Of a DNA stretch of 64,000 nucleotides, positions 31,209 to 41,486 are shown piece after piece. Numbering within the stretch: the stretch's first letter is position 1; each line of letters opens with the position of its first letter. A program made the position numbers and the translations under genes. Source of the DNA: an uncultured Candidatus Entotheonella sp. (GTDB lineage Bacteria; Tectomicrobia; Entotheonellia; Entotheonellales; Entotheonellaceae); assembly GCA_965217185.1 (NCBI GenBank), contig OZ244252.1, forward strand, positions 3,296,001 to 3,360,000, given 5' to 3'. The notes beneath the pieces were generated by a model. It was not told the origin of the DNA, ran no database searches, and was given only the letters and a program-made list of their open reading frames with translations.

Positions 31209-32405
31209 TTATGTTCCGGTGCAGGGCGCGTCCAAGGAATCGAGCAGCGCCAGGGCCTGCATGGTGGCGCCCACGTCATGTACGCGAACCAAAGCCGCAC
31301 CCCGCTGCGCCGCCCACAGCACGCTGGCGAGGCTGCCCCCAAGCCGGTCGTCAACCGGACGCTGCAGCACGCGCCCCAGGAACGATTTGCGCGACGTGCC
31401 GACCAGCAGCGGCTGCCCCAAGGCGCCCAGATGGTCCAGGCCGCGCAGCAGGTCCAGGTTGTGCGCGACCGTCTTGCCAAAACCGAAACCGGGGTCCAGC
31501 ACGATGCGCTGCCGCTCGATGCCGGCTTGCACGGCGTCGTACAGGCGCGTACGCAGGAACCCGTAGATGTCGTCGATGACGTGGTGATACGACGGCGCCT
31601 GCTGCATGGTCCGGGGCGTTCCCTGCATGTGCATCAAAACCACCGCCGCGCCGCGTTGGGCGAGCAACGGCGCCATGCCCGGGTCGAAGCGCAGGGCGCT
31701 GATGTCGTTCACCATCACGGCGCCGGCGTCCAGTGCGGCTGCGGCGACGTCGGCCCGGTAGGTGTCCACCGACACCAGCGCGTTGTGACGTTTGACGATC
31801 TCTCGCACCACCGGCACCACGCGCGCCTGCTCCACCGCTGCCGGCACCGGCTCCGAACCCGGACGCGACGATTGGCCGCCGACATCGATCAGGTCGGCGC
31901 CCTCTGCCAGCATGGCCTCGGCACGCGCCAACGCGCGTTCGGGCTCGCAATACAGGCCGCCGTCGGAGAACGAATCCGGCGTCACGTTCAAAATGCCCAT
32001 CACGTGGGTGCGGTGCGGCAGTGGCCACGCCGTCTGCCCCAGCACCAAGGCATGCGGGCCGCCCTCTTGCAAGCAGCGCGCCCGCTCCAGCGCATCCGCC
32101 ACGGGCCGCAGCGCCGGCTGATCGTTGGCGGCCTCGCGCAACGAGCCGGGCAATTCCTCCGCGCCGCCCCACAGGATGTCTACCGCGTCACCGTCGCCGC
32201 GCGGCGCGTCGACGCACCAACCGCTTGGCACTTGACGCAGCCAAGCACCCAGAGCGACGGCGATGTCTCGGGGAACGTCGATTAGTTTGCAGGCGACATG
32301 CCTGGCGGATGGGGCGGGTACGTTCCTAGGCGCCGGGTGTCCCATGCGGATCAGTTCATCGGCTATCGGGGTGTTGGCATGTCGGGGCAGCAGGCGGGCC
32401 AGCAT
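31209..32405 (-). CDS. folP: Dihydropteroate synthase with N-terminal extension
   Basis: MGILNVTPDSFSDGG, DPGFGFGK, GTSRKSF, RVHDV. Confidence 0.93.
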   Translation of the reverse strand: MLARLLPRHANTPIADELIRMGHPAPRNVPAPSARHVACKLIDVPRDIAVALGAWLRQVPSGWCVDAPRGDGDAVDILWGGAEELPGSLREAANDQPALRPVADALERARCLQEGGPHALVLGQTAWPLPHRTHVMGILNVTPDSFSDGGLYCEPERALARAEAMLAEGADLIDVGGQSSRPGSEPVPAAVEQARVVPVVREIVKRHNALVSVDTYRADVAAAALDAGAVMVNDISALRFDPGMAPLLAQRGAAVVLMHMQGTPRTMQQAPSYHHVIDDIYGFLRTRLYDAVQAGIERQRIVLDPGFGFGKTVAHNLDLLRGLDHLGALGQPLLVGTSRKSFLGRVLQRPVDDRLGGSLASVLWAAQRGAALVRVHDVGATMQALALLDSLDAPCTGT

Positions 32406-32436
32406 GGGGGGTTCTTTCTCAGCAGCGGCGCTTGGC

Positions 32437-32805
32437 TTACAACGCTTCCAGCACGACCTCGCGCGCCCGCATGGCCTGCTTGAACAGCGTGGCGTCGCCC
32501 ACCATCTTACCGACGACGTTGACGGCGCTGGCGGGCATGATCCTGCCGGGCTCGCTGACCGGCGTCTGCCCGAAAAAGATGCAGAACGCGCTCCCCGGCG
32601 GCCAGTAGCCCAGGTCGCCGATCTCCACCACCTCCTGAGCACTGTCGTCCAACTCCGAATCGACCGGGATGGAAAAGTAGATTTCATCGCCCCAGGTGTT
32701 GAACGACGTGCGAATCGGCAGCGCCTCGCCGATTTTCGCTGCGGTTGCCGTGTCGTTGAGTTCGGCCTCCAGGGCCACCTCTCCGACCGTGATCCTAATG
32801 CGCAT
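32437..32805 (-). CDS. Cyclophilin-like fold protein (DUF369/TM1367-like)
   Basis: WGDEIYF, GDLGYWPPG..CIFFG.TP, SAVNVVG. Confidence 0.8.
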   Translation of the reverse strand: MRIRITVGEVALEAELNDTATAAKIGEALPIRTSFNTWGDEIYFSIPVDSELDDSAQEVVEIGDLGYWPPGSAFCIFFGQTPVSEPGRIMPASAVNVVGKMVGDATLFKQAMRAREVVLEAL

Positions 32806-33079
32806 GATCGGCCTCACTGTTGGAAGCGCCCGACAAAGCCGCCAGACGCCGGTTGATTTCGCCCTTCAGCAGTTGCGTATGCAGGATGCCCAGTACCCAG
32901 GTGAGCAGGAGGATGCGCCACGACAGCGCGCGGGTCCAGAGCATGAACACGTAGGGCACCGCGTAGGCCACGGCGAGGGCGCCGTACATCGGCACCCGCG
33001 TCAGGATGGCGGCGTGCAGCCAGGCCGCCCAGTTCAAGCCGGGAATGAAGCTCCAGGCAATCCAGGGTATGCGCATCAT
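32795..33079 (-). CDS. Small hypothetical membrane protein
   Basis: Hydrophobic 94-aa ORF filling the gap within a co-oriented gene run. Confidence 0.5.
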   Translation of the reverse strand: MMRIPWIAWSFIPGLNWAAWLHAAILTRVPMYGALAVAYAVPYVFMLWTRALSWRILLLTWVLGILHTQLLKGEINRRLAALSGASNSEADHAH

Positions 33080-33093
33080 GGAACGTCGCACCC

Positions 33094-33540
33094 TCAACAG
33101 TCGCCGCCGGATTGGCGCGCCGGCAGCACCACCTGCGCTGTGCCCTGCACGTAGCGGTCGCCCGTCTCGTTGCTCATCAAGATGTCGCAAAACACCAAGT
33201 GTCGGCCCTGCTCTTCCTGCTTCTCGGTGACGACCCCGCTGCAAATCAGCGGCGTGTTGTGGGGCACGGTGACGCGGAAGTTCGTCGTCAGGTTGCGCAG
33301 CGTGCCGGTGGGGAAGAACTCGGTCACCATGCGGGACAGAAAGCCCAGGCTCATGTTGCCCGGAATGATGGCGCCCGGCAGCCCCTCGTTGCGGGCGTAG
33401 GCGTCGTCGGTGAACCGCCCGCTCTGCATGCGCGCCACCTCGACGTAGCGCACCACGTCCGCCGTGGTCGGGCAGATTTCCAGTTCCTCGATCTCGTCGC
33501 CGACTTCGATGTCTTCGTAAAAATGAATGCGCTCACCCAC
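33094..33540 (-). CDS. MaoC-family (hotdog) dehydratase
   Basis: YEDIEVGDE, DDAYARNEGLPGAIIPG. Confidence 0.8.
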   Translation of the reverse strand: MGERIHFYEDIEVGDEIEELEICPTTADVVRYVEVARMQSGRFTDDAYARNEGLPGAIIPGNMSLGFLSRMVTEFFPTGTLRNLTTNFRVTVPHNTPLICSGVVTEKQEEQGRHLVFCDILMSNETGDRYVQGTAQVVLPARQSGGDC

Positions 33541-33560
33541 CTCTGAAAGTCCTCCCCGGC

Positions 33561-34001
33561 TCAGTCGCGCTGGATCAGGATCTGGCGCAGCACGGCTACC
33601 TTGTCGCCGTTTTGATTGGTCAACTCACTCTCGCGTACGACGAAGATCATGTTGCCGCTGCGCCCGGTCTTCTCGTACACCTCGGCGATGCGGTCCACGC
33701 CGGTGATGGTGTCGCCCGGGCGAATCGGGGCGTGGAAAACGCATTCCTTGCCGCCGTCAAAGGCGCGCGCGCCGTAGCTGAGCTTGAGATCGGGCAGCGC
33801 CGCATTACTGCGAAATACGATGCAAAACGTCGCGGGCGCCACGATGCCGCCATACGGCGTTGTCTTGGCGTAAGCCGCATCGCAATGCACCGGGTTCGTC
33901 TCGCCCACCGAGGCGGCGAATTCGGCAATCTCCTGCTGCGTGACCTCGAAGGCATAGCGGTGGAATTCCTTGCCGATCCAGCTGGTGTCGAACGTCAACA
34001 T
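33561..34001 (-). CDS. MaoC-like N-terminal (FAS1-type) dehydratase subunit
   Basis: FAASVGETNP, VAPATF, PIRPGD, KTGRSG. Confidence 0.82.
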   Translation of the reverse strand: MLTFDTSWIGKEFHRYAFEVTQQEIAEFAASVGETNPVHCDAAYAKTTPYGGIVAPATFCIVFRSNAALPDLKLSYGARAFDGGKECVFHAPIRPGDTITGVDRIAEVYEKTGRSGNMIFVVRESELTNQNGDKVAVLRQILIQRD

Positions 34002-34025
34002 GCGTTCCGTCTCTCCTCGTCGTGG

Positions 34026-35039
34026 TTATCGTCCTGTCGCTACCGGCTCCGGCTCGGCGCACTGGCGGATGGAGGCTTCCACCGCGCTGACGTCCTCGGC
34101 GCTACCGATGAACAGCGGCACGCGCTGGTGCAGGGCGGTCGGTTGCAGCGACAGCACGTCCTCGCTGCCGGTACTGGCGCGCCCGCCCGCCGCCTCGGCG
34201 ATGCGGGCCAGCGGGGCCGCTTCGTAGAGCAGTCGCAGCTTGCCGTTGGGCGCGTCGCGGGGGTCCGCGGGGTACAGAAACAGCCCGCCGTACAGCAGCG
34301 TGCGGTGAAAATCCGCCACCAGCGAGCCGACGTAGCGGGCGCTGTAGGTGCACGGCCCGTCGGGGTCTTTGAGGGCGTCGATATAGCGCTGCACGCCGGC
34401 GCACCAGCGCGGGTAGTTGGCCTCGTTGGCGCTGTAGATCGTGCCGCGCTCGGGCATGCGCAGGTTTTCGTGCGTCAGGCGGAATTCGCCGACACCAGCA
34501 TCGAGCGTATAGCTGTGCACCCCGGCACCGGCGGTGTAGACGAACAATGTGCTGGAGCCGTACAGCGCGTAGCCGGCGGCGACTTGACGGCTGCCGCTCT
34601 GCAGCAGGTCGGACAGAGTGGCATCAGCGCTCTGGGCGCGGTAGATGGAGAAGATGGTGCCGATGGTGATTCCCGCGTCGATGTTGGAGGAGCCGTCCAG
34701 GGGGTCGAAAAGCACGACGTACGGCCCGCGTGGTTCGTGCGGCGCCAGGAACAGGGGATGCTCGGCCTCCTCGGAGGCCAAGGCGCAGACGTGGCCGCTG
34801 GGCCTCAGGGCGTCGATCATCATGTCGTGCGCCAGCACGTCGAGCTTACACACCGCCTCGCCCTGCACGTTGTGCTCGCCGGTGAAACCGAGAATGTCGA
34901 CCAGCCCGGCGCGGTTGACCTCGCGGGAAATGCGTTTCGCCGCCGAGGCCAGAGTGGTGAGCAGGCCGGCCATGTCACCGTCCCCGCACAAGCGGGATTC
35001 CGTCAGATGTTGAGAAAGCGTCATGCCCTTGCGATTCAT
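34026..35039 (-). CDS. fbp: Class 1 fructose-1,6-bisphosphatase
   Basis: NVQGE, SEE, FDPLDGSSNID, RYVGSLVADFHR, KLRLLYE; AAGGAG RBS. Confidence 0.95.
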   Translation of the reverse strand: MNRKGMTLSQHLTESRLCGDGDMAGLLTTLASAAKRISREVNRAGLVDILGFTGEHNVQGEAVCKLDVLAHDMMIDALRPSGHVCALASEEAEHPLFLAPHEPRGPYVVLFDPLDGSSNIDAGITIGTIFSIYRAQSADATLSDLLQSGSRQVAAGYALYGSSTLFVYTAGAGVHSYTLDAGVGEFRLTHENLRMPERGTIYSANEANYPRWCAGVQRYIDALKDPDGPCTYSARYVGSLVADFHRTLLYGGLFLYPADPRDAPNGKLRLLYEAAPLARIAEAAGGRASTGSEDVLSLQPTALHQRVPLFIGSAEDVSAVEASIRQCAEPEPVATGR

Positions 35040-35259
35040 GACGACTCCTTGTATCAATTTTTTGCCGTTGCGGTCGCTTCGGAAGCATTAAGTCTAGCAG
35101 AAACCCGCCCGCCTGCCCAATGACGGCGCCCTGCGGACGGCGCCGCACCTTGCCTTTGCGGGGCAAAATGCGCACAATGCCGACCCCCGTTGAAACACAC
35201 TTGGCGCGCTGCTGAGACAGACCGTTGAACGCGCTACGAACCGAGGAAGGAGCCCCCCC

Positions 35260-36279
35260 ATGAGCACACACGATCTCGCCGCCGTGGCCCGCGCCCTGGT
35301 CGCCGAGGGCAAAGGCATTCTGGCCGCCGACGAGAGCACCGGAACGATCACGCGGCGACTCGACACCATCAACGTCGCCTCGACGGCGGACAACCGTCGT
35401 GCCTATCGCGAGCTGCTGTTCACCACGCCGGAGGTGGAGGCGTACATCAGCGGCGTCATCCTGTACGACGAGACGATTCGGCAGGAAAGCAGCGACGGCA
35501 CCCCCTTTCCGGCGTTGCTGGCCGGGCGCGGCATCATGCCGGGCATCAAGGTGGATACCGGCACCTCGGATCTGGCGGGATTTCCGGGTGAGAAGATCAC
35601 CGACGGCCTCGACGGCCTCGCCAAACGGCTGGACGAGTACCGTGAAATCGGCGCGCGGTTCGCCAAGTGGCGGGCGGTGATTACGATTGGCCCCGGCTAC
35701 CCGACGGCGTACGGCATCGCGGTCAACGCGCATGCCCTGGCGCGCTACGCGGCGCTGTCGCAGCAGGCTGGGTTGGTGCCGATCGTCGAACCCGAGGTGC
35801 TGATGGACGGCGATCACACCATCGAGCGCTGCGCCGAGGCTACCCTGGCGACCCTGCACCGTGTATTCAACGAGTTGCACGAGCACCGAGTCGGGTTGGA
35901 GGGCATCCTGTTGAAGCCCAACATGGTGCTATCAGGCAAGGACTGCCCGCAGCAAGCCGGCGTGGAGGAAGTGGCGACGGCGACCCTGGATTGCTTCCGC
36001 CGGACCATCCCGGCAGCGGTGCCGGGCATCGTGTTCCTCTCCGGCGGCCAGAGCGCCGTACAGGCCACCGAGCACCTCAACGCCATGAACGCGCGCGGCG
36101 GGCATCCCTGGGAGCTCAGCTTCTCATACGGACGGGCGCTGCAAGGGCCGGTTCTGGAGGCTTGGCAGGGGCAGGCGGCCAACGTGCCCACCGCCCAGAA
36201 GTTCTTCCAGCAGCGCGCCCGATGCAACGGCGCGGCGCGTTACGGCAAATACGCCGAGCATATGGAACAAGCCGCTTGA
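35260..36279 (+). CDS. Class I fructose-bisphosphate aldolase (eukaryote-like type)
   Basis: GKGILAADES, GIKVD, FAKWR, VPIVEPE, LLKPNM, FLSGGQS, FSYGRALQ. Confidence 0.93.
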   Translation: MSTHDLAAVARALVAEGKGILAADESTGTITRRLDTINVASTADNRRAYRELLFTTPEVEAYISGVILYDETIRQESSDGTPFPALLAGRGIMPGIKVDTGTSDLAGFPGEKITDGLDGLAKRLDEYREIGARFAKWRAVITIGPGYPTAYGIAVNAHALARYAALSQQAGLVPIVEPEVLMDGDHTIERCAEATLATLHRVFNELHEHRVGLEGILLKPNMVLSGKDCPQQAGVEEVATATLDCFRRTIPAAVPGIVFLSGGQSAVQATEHLNAMNARGGHPWELSFSYGRALQGPVLEAWQGQAANVPTAQKFFQQRARCNGAARYGKYAEHMEQAA

Positions 36280-36314
36280 AGCGCTCCGCTAACCCCTAAC
36301 TCCCGAAGCCCACG

Positions 36315-38075
36315 ATGCCCGCCAAATTGCTGATTGCCAACCGCGGGGAGATCGCCGTCCGCATCCTACGCGCCGCCGCGGAACTCGGCATGCGCACGGT
36401 GGCGGTGTTTTCGCAGGACGACGCCGAATCGCTGCACCGGCGCTCGGCGGACGAGTCATGCGCCCTGGCCAAGGCCGGAGCCGCCGCCTATCTGGACATC
36501 GACGCCATCCTGCGGGCGGCCAAGGATACCGGCTGCGACGCCATCCATCCCGGCTACGGCTTTCTGAGCGAGAACGCCGACTTCGCCCGCCGCTGCGCCG
36601 ACGCCAATCTCACCTTTGTCGGGCCGCGCCCCGAAGTGCTGGCGCTGTTCAGCGACAAAGCCGAAGCCCGCGCCCTGGCCGAGCGGCTCGGCGTGCCCAT
36701 CCTGCCCGGCATCTCCGCACCCACCAGCCTTTCCGAGGCCGCCGACTTCTTCAACGCCCTGCCAGCCACCGGCGCCATGCTCATCAAGGCCATCGGCGGT
36801 GGCGGCGGGCGCGGCATGCGCGTGGTGCAGCGCCGCGAGGAGTTGAAAGACGCCTACGCGCGCTGCCAATCCGAGGCGCGGGCGGCGTTCGGCAATGGCG
36901 ATGTGTACGTCGAGCAGTTCTTACCGCGCGCCCGGCACGTCGAGGTGCAGATCGTCGGCGACGGCTCGGGAGCGGTCAGCCACCTGGGCGAGCGCGATTG
37001 CAGCATCCAGCGCCGCCACCAAAAACTCGTCGAAATCGCCCCGGCGCCCGGCTTGCCCGACGGCCTGCGCCAGCGCCTCGCCACCGCGGCCACCACCCTG
37101 GCGTCGTCGGTGCGCTATGACAACATCGGCACCTTCGAGTTTCTGGTCGACGCCAGTACACTGAGCGCCGGGTCGCCGTTCGCCTTCATCGAGGCGAATC
37201 CGCGCTTGCAAGTGGAACACACGGTGACCGAGGAGGTGTACGGGGTCGATCTGGTGGCCATCCAACTTGAGCTGGCGGGCGGCCGCAGCCTCGCCGCCCT
37301 GGGTCTGCTGCAGGCCGACGTGCCGGCGCCGCGCGGCGTCGCCATCCAGGCGCGCATCAACATGGAGACGATGCAGGCGGACGGCGCCGCGCGGCCGTCC
37401 AGCGGCACCCTGAGCGCCTTTGTTCCCGCCTGCGGGCCGGGTATTCGGGTCGATACGTTCGGATACGCCGGTTACACGCCCAGCGGGCGCTTCGACGCAC
37501 TGCTGGCCAAGCTCATCGCCTGCCACCCCTCGGGCCGCTTCGAATACGCCGTCAGCCGCCTGCAACGCGCCTTGGCGGAGTTTTACGTCGCCGGGGTGGC
37601 GGTGAACATCCCGTTTCTGCAACGGTTGGTGCAGCACCCGGCGTTTCGGAATGCCGCCTTTCATACCCGGTTCCTTGACGACCACTTGGCCGAACTCGTC
37701 GTGCCGGACGACCGTGCCTCGGTTGCTCCCGCGTCGTCAAGCACGCCGACCGAACCCGTCGCCGCGCGCGAGCAGCCTTCTCCCCCGCCAGTAGAGCCCC
37801 CTGAACCGAAACCCGCCGCACAGTCGCCGCGCCGGATTGACAAGCCCCACGGCACTGTCCCCGTCGCGTCGCCCTTGCAAGGCACCATCGTCAGCGTCGA
37901 GGTGCGCGAGGGCGCCACCGTACGGACCGGACAACTTCTGGTCGTGGTGGAATCCATGAAGATGGAGCACGAGGTCCACGCCAACGTGGAAGGCGTCGTG
38001 CGCCGTGTCGTCGTGGACGAGGGGGGTGTCATCAACGCGGGAGAGCCGCTGTTGTTCGTGGAAGCCGCGGCGTAG
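36315..38075 (+). CDS. Biotin carboxylase fused to biotin carrier domain (acyl-CoA carboxylase alpha subunit)
   Basis: ANRGEIA, HPGYGFLSEN, GGGGRG, NPRLQVEH, Pro-rich linker, ESMKME biotinylation motif. Confidence 0.92.
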   Translation: MPAKLLIANRGEIAVRILRAAAELGMRTVAVFSQDDAESLHRRSADESCALAKAGAAAYLDIDAILRAAKDTGCDAIHPGYGFLSENADFARRCADANLTFVGPRPEVLALFSDKAEARALAERLGVPILPGISAPTSLSEAADFFNALPATGAMLIKAIGGGGGRGMRVVQRREELKDAYARCQSEARAAFGNGDVYVEQFLPRARHVEVQIVGDGSGAVSHLGERDCSIQRRHQKLVEIAPAPGLPDGLRQRLATAATTLASSVRYDNIGTFEFLVDASTLSAGSPFAFIEANPRLQVEHTVTEEVYGVDLVAIQLELAGGRSLAALGLLQADVPAPRGVAIQARINMETMQADGAARPSSGTLSAFVPACGPGIRVDTFGYAGYTPSGRFDALLAKLIACHPSGRFEYAVSRLQRALAEFYVAGVAVNIPFLQRLVQHPAFRNAAFHTRFLDDHLAELVVPDDRASVAPASSSTPTEPVAAREQPSPPPVEPPEPKPAAQSPRRIDKPHGTVPVASPLQGTIVSVEVREGATVRTGQLLVVVESMKMEHEVHANVEGVVRRVVVDEGGVINAGEPLLFVEAAA

Positions 38076-38107
38076 CGTGCCTTCTTGCTGGGCCGTTGAA
38101 CAGCGGT

Positions 38108-38833
38108 TTACCAACAATCTGGCTCGATGTCAGCCATGACGAACAGGCGCGGATAGACGGAACGGCCGTTAAGCCTGAAGACGCGTGCGTCTATGGTTCC
38201 ATGCTTGAGCCAATGGAGCACGGGACCGGTCTGCGTGCGGTTGACGTAGCCGACACGCGCGCCGTCTTGGCGGGCGACCTCCACCGCATCTGCGTCTTCT
38301 GGGTTGGTTGGCTCGTGCCGAAAGAACACAGGTTCGTTTTCGGCAAGATCAAGTACATCTTCGCGATAATGCCGGTATCCCGCGATATCGAAGACGTAGC
38401 GGAAGGCGTGATCAAATCCATCGAAAGTCTCGGAGATACCGAAGCTGCCGCTACTTAGGCGAGCGCCGGTATAGGCCAAGAGACTCAGTATAGAGAAACG
38501 GGCTTCTGGCGACAGGCCGAACCTTTCCATGAATTCCTTGAAATCAGGCCGATTCTGCGGCGGCAAGCGACGCTTCAGTACGTCGGTTGCTGTGCTGGAT
38601 TCGTGCTTGCCGCTCAGGGCCAAGCCTGGGTAGCCCTCAAACCCGGCCTCCGAGGCTAAAGCAAATTCACGGTCGTTCTTATACGAGAATCCCAATCCTT
38701 CACCGCACTCGACAAGCTCAGCCACCGCAAATCTCCGGCGCGAGTCGTCCTGTTCCGACTTCTCTTGTTCCAGGGGACGCTGCCATGTCAGCAAGGCTCG
38801 ACGCGTCTGTATTGGATCCCTGATCATGTTCAT
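38108..38833 (-). CDS. HipS-like + HIRAN domain protein (putative antitoxin)
   Basis: N-terminal LTWQ..RRLPPQNRPDF..YTGA; C-terminal HIRAN IAGYRHY..EPTNPEDADAV..VGYV. Start overlaps the reconstructed kinase stop (ATGA). Confidence 0.8.
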   Translation of the reverse strand: MNMIRDPIQTRRALLTWQRPLEQEKSEQDDSRRRFAVAELVECGEGLGFSYKNDREFALASEAGFEGYPGLALSGKHESSTATDVLKRRLPPQNRPDFKEFMERFGLSPEARFSILSLLAYTGARLSSGSFGISETFDGFDHAFRYVFDIAGYRHYREDVLDLAENEPVFFRHEPTNPEDADAVEVARQDGARVGYVNRTQTGPVLHWLKHGTIDARVFRLNGRSVYPRLFVMADIEPDCW

Positions 38834-39053
38834 TTCTCGCAAAGAATGTTCCTTATGCGTTCCATACCAATTTGCAGGACAGACTGTAGGGCACCTCGAA
38901 AAATGCCTCACGGATGGTCAAAGATGACAGGATTGGCCATTCGCACCGTTTCGGTGGGAAAATAAACTCGGCTTTCCGGGGCATTTCGTCTCCCGGCAAC
39001 GGGGATTTGCCTGTCAAAGAGGACATCCGGTACACCCCTCGCACCGCTTACGC

Positions 39054-40094
39054 TCAACCCACCGTCCCAAGACGCTGCAACCCAACCAGGCGTCGCATGT
39101 TGTAGGCGAGATTCTTGAGCCCGATGCGCGCCGTCGCCCGTACAAGCCCGGTGCTGCGAACCAACGTCCCGCCCATGTCGTTGTGCTGTGCCCCGAAGAC
39201 ATGCTCTACCCGGACCCGAAACCGTGAACGACTTCTGTTGCCGGCCTTCTCCCAATCACGCAATGGACGGTTACGACAAGCCTTGCGATGGATCCGACTC
39301 GTCAAACCCTTTCCCTTGATCTTCTCCTCAATGTCTTTCGACCGCTAGGCGCTGTCCGCCCACACACCGCTTGCCGTGTTGTCCGTTGTCAGCAGGTCAT
39401 CAACCGCTTGGCTGTCGTGAACCGACGCGGCCGTCACGCTGTAACGACGGATCAGCTTGTGCCTGCGGTCGATGTTGAGGTGGTTCTTGTAACCATAGTG
39501 ACTCTTGCCGTGCTTTTTCGTCCACCGCGCATCCGTGTCTTTCTGACGGCGCCGGGCCGCCTCGTCCGCCCACTCCCTGGGCGTCTCGCCTTGCTTGATC
39601 CGGGCGTTGTCAGCACGGCTGTTGCGCTGTTTGGGAACCGCAACAATCGACGCATCAATGATCTGGCCGCCCATCGCCCGGTAGCCTTGGGTTTTCAGAT
39701 AGCCGTCAAAGTCATTGAACAAGGCGTCGATCACACCAGCCTGTGACAACTCTTCCCGGTACAGCCACACGGTCTTGGCGTCGGGCACTTTGTCTTCAAG
39801 GGTCAGACCCAGGAAACGCACAAAGGACAGGCGGTCGCGCATCTGATATTCCACCTGATCGTCCGACAGATTGTAGAGGGCGCACAGAACGATGGCTTTG
39901 AACATGACGATGGCGTCCCAGGGTTTGCACCCCGCATTGGACTTACGCTTGTCGGCTGGCTTGCGCCAGACTTTCTCCAGGCGGCTGCGGAACGCTTCCC
40001 ATGGAACGACGGTATTGATCTTCACCAAGGGGTCATTCTTGGCATCCAGAGCGGCGTAACGCTTCTCGACATCGAAAAAGCCCATCTGAGCCAT
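39054..40094 (-). pseudogene. IS5-family transposase with in-frame TAG
   Basis: ADSA* at 39345-39347 where copy B has TAC; the same frame continues to 39054. Confidence 0.88.
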
Positions 40095-40187
40095 GTTCAA
40101 CTCCTCCGGCCTTTTGGTTAACGTGTTTGAGTGATTCTAAACCAAGTGGGAGACGAGTATTATTACTGAGGTTTTGCAATCTGGCCT

Positions 40188-41414
40188 CACTGTACACGAC
40201 AAAAGTCATTAAGTAGTTGAAAGACAAGGTGTAACCTCATAGGGTGGAAGGTCTATCAAGCCTATCCGCAACGACTGTCTCCTAGGAGGTTACACCGTGA
40301 ATCACTCTACCAGACTCGCCAATCTGCTCCAATCGACCTCTGGCCTGCACCGGGCTCGCGTCACCTGTCTGGCCGCCCTCGTCATCGCTTTGTTCAAGGT
40401 CAAAACCGTCAATCTGGCCCAACTCGCCACCGCCTTCCCGGGTCCTGCCGACATCGACTCGCACTATCGACGCCTGCAACGCTTCTTCAAACACGTTCAA
40501 CTCCAACCCGCTCGCATAGCCACCTTCGTGCTCGCTTTTCTACCCGATGCCCCCTACACCTTAGCCCTGGACCGAACCCAGTGGATGCTTGGAAAGATAC
40601 CGATCAACTTCCTCGTCCTGTCCGCCGTCCATGGCGGCATCGCCTTTCCTCTTTTCTGGCAATTCCTGGCCAAAAGGGGCAACTCCAATACCCAGGAGCG
40701 CATCGAGTTGCTCGGTCAATTCCTGAAGGTGGTTGGCAGCGACAAGATCGACTGCCTGGTGGCGGACCGCGAATTTATCGGCGCCGACTGGTTCGCCTGG
40801 CTGCGAGCCAACCACATCCCCTTCTGCATCCGAATCCGGCACGACATGAAGGTCTCGCGGACCACCGGAGCCTTGTCACCGGCACGCAACTTCTTCAGAA
40901 GCCTTCCCCGTTCGACCTCGTGTTCCTTGATCGGCCCACGTCTCGTGTGTGGCCACTGGCTTTGGGTGACTGGTATGCACTTGCCCTCCGGGGCTTACCT
41001 GATCGTGGTGTCGAATCGTCCGGGTCATCAAGCCCTGGAGGTGTATAAGCGCAGGTGGCAGATAGAAGTGCTCTTCGAGGCTCTGAAATCCAGAGGCTTC
41101 AACTTCGAAGAGACGCGTCTGAGAGAGGCCAAGCGCTTGGAGACGTTATGTGGTGTGTTGGCGATAGCGTTTTGCTGGGCCTATCATGTAGGTGCTTGGC
41201 GGCACGAGGTCAAACCGATTGCGCTCAAGACGCATCAGAGACCTGCGAAGAGCCTGTTTCGCTATGGATTTGACAGCATTCGCCAAGCCGTCCTCAATGC
41301 GGCAGACAAGGGAGAGCAGTTTGAGCAGGTCCTGAGCCTGCTGTGGAAAGCGCTCTCATTGCCCAAAGCGCTCCTTCAGCCACGTTACCCCGCATGATTT
41401 TGTCGTGTACAGTG
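40188..41414 (+). mobile_element. IS4-family element nested in the IS701-like left end
   Basis: Perfect 17-bp TIR CACTGTACACGACAAAA; 9-bp TSD ATCTGGCCT at 40179-40187 and 41415-41423. Confidence 0.92.
40297..41397 (+). CDS. IS4-family transposase
   Basis: LDRT, ADREF, YKRRWQIEVLFEALK (YREK motif). Confidence 0.9.
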   Translation: MNHSTRLANLLQSTSGLHRARVTCLAALVIALFKVKTVNLAQLATAFPGPADIDSHYRRLQRFFKHVQLQPARIATFVLAFLPDAPYTLALDRTQWMLGKIPINFLVLSAVHGGIAFPLFWQFLAKRGNSNTQERIELLGQFLKVVGSDKIDCLVADREFIGADWFAWLRANHIPFCIRIRHDMKVSRTTGALSPARNFFRSLPRSTSCSLIGPRLVCGHWLWVTGMHLPSGAYLIVVSNRPGHQALEVYKRRWQIEVLFEALKSRGFNFEETRLREAKRLETLCGVLAIAFCWAYHVGAWRHEVKPIALKTHQRPAKSLFRYGFDSIRQAVLNAADKGEQFEQVLSLLWKALSLPKALLQPRYPA

Positions 41415-41486
41415 ATCTGGCCTGACTATCGTAGAGTACGCGTCCCATTCTTCCTACCTTCCAAGACTTCCGCAGGAGGCTCTCTT

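Noticed and set aside
38705..38725. CTCGACAAGCTCAGCC resembling a REP-type repeat inside the HIRAN gene
   Set aside because: No full hairpin; explained by ordinary coding of AVAELVE.
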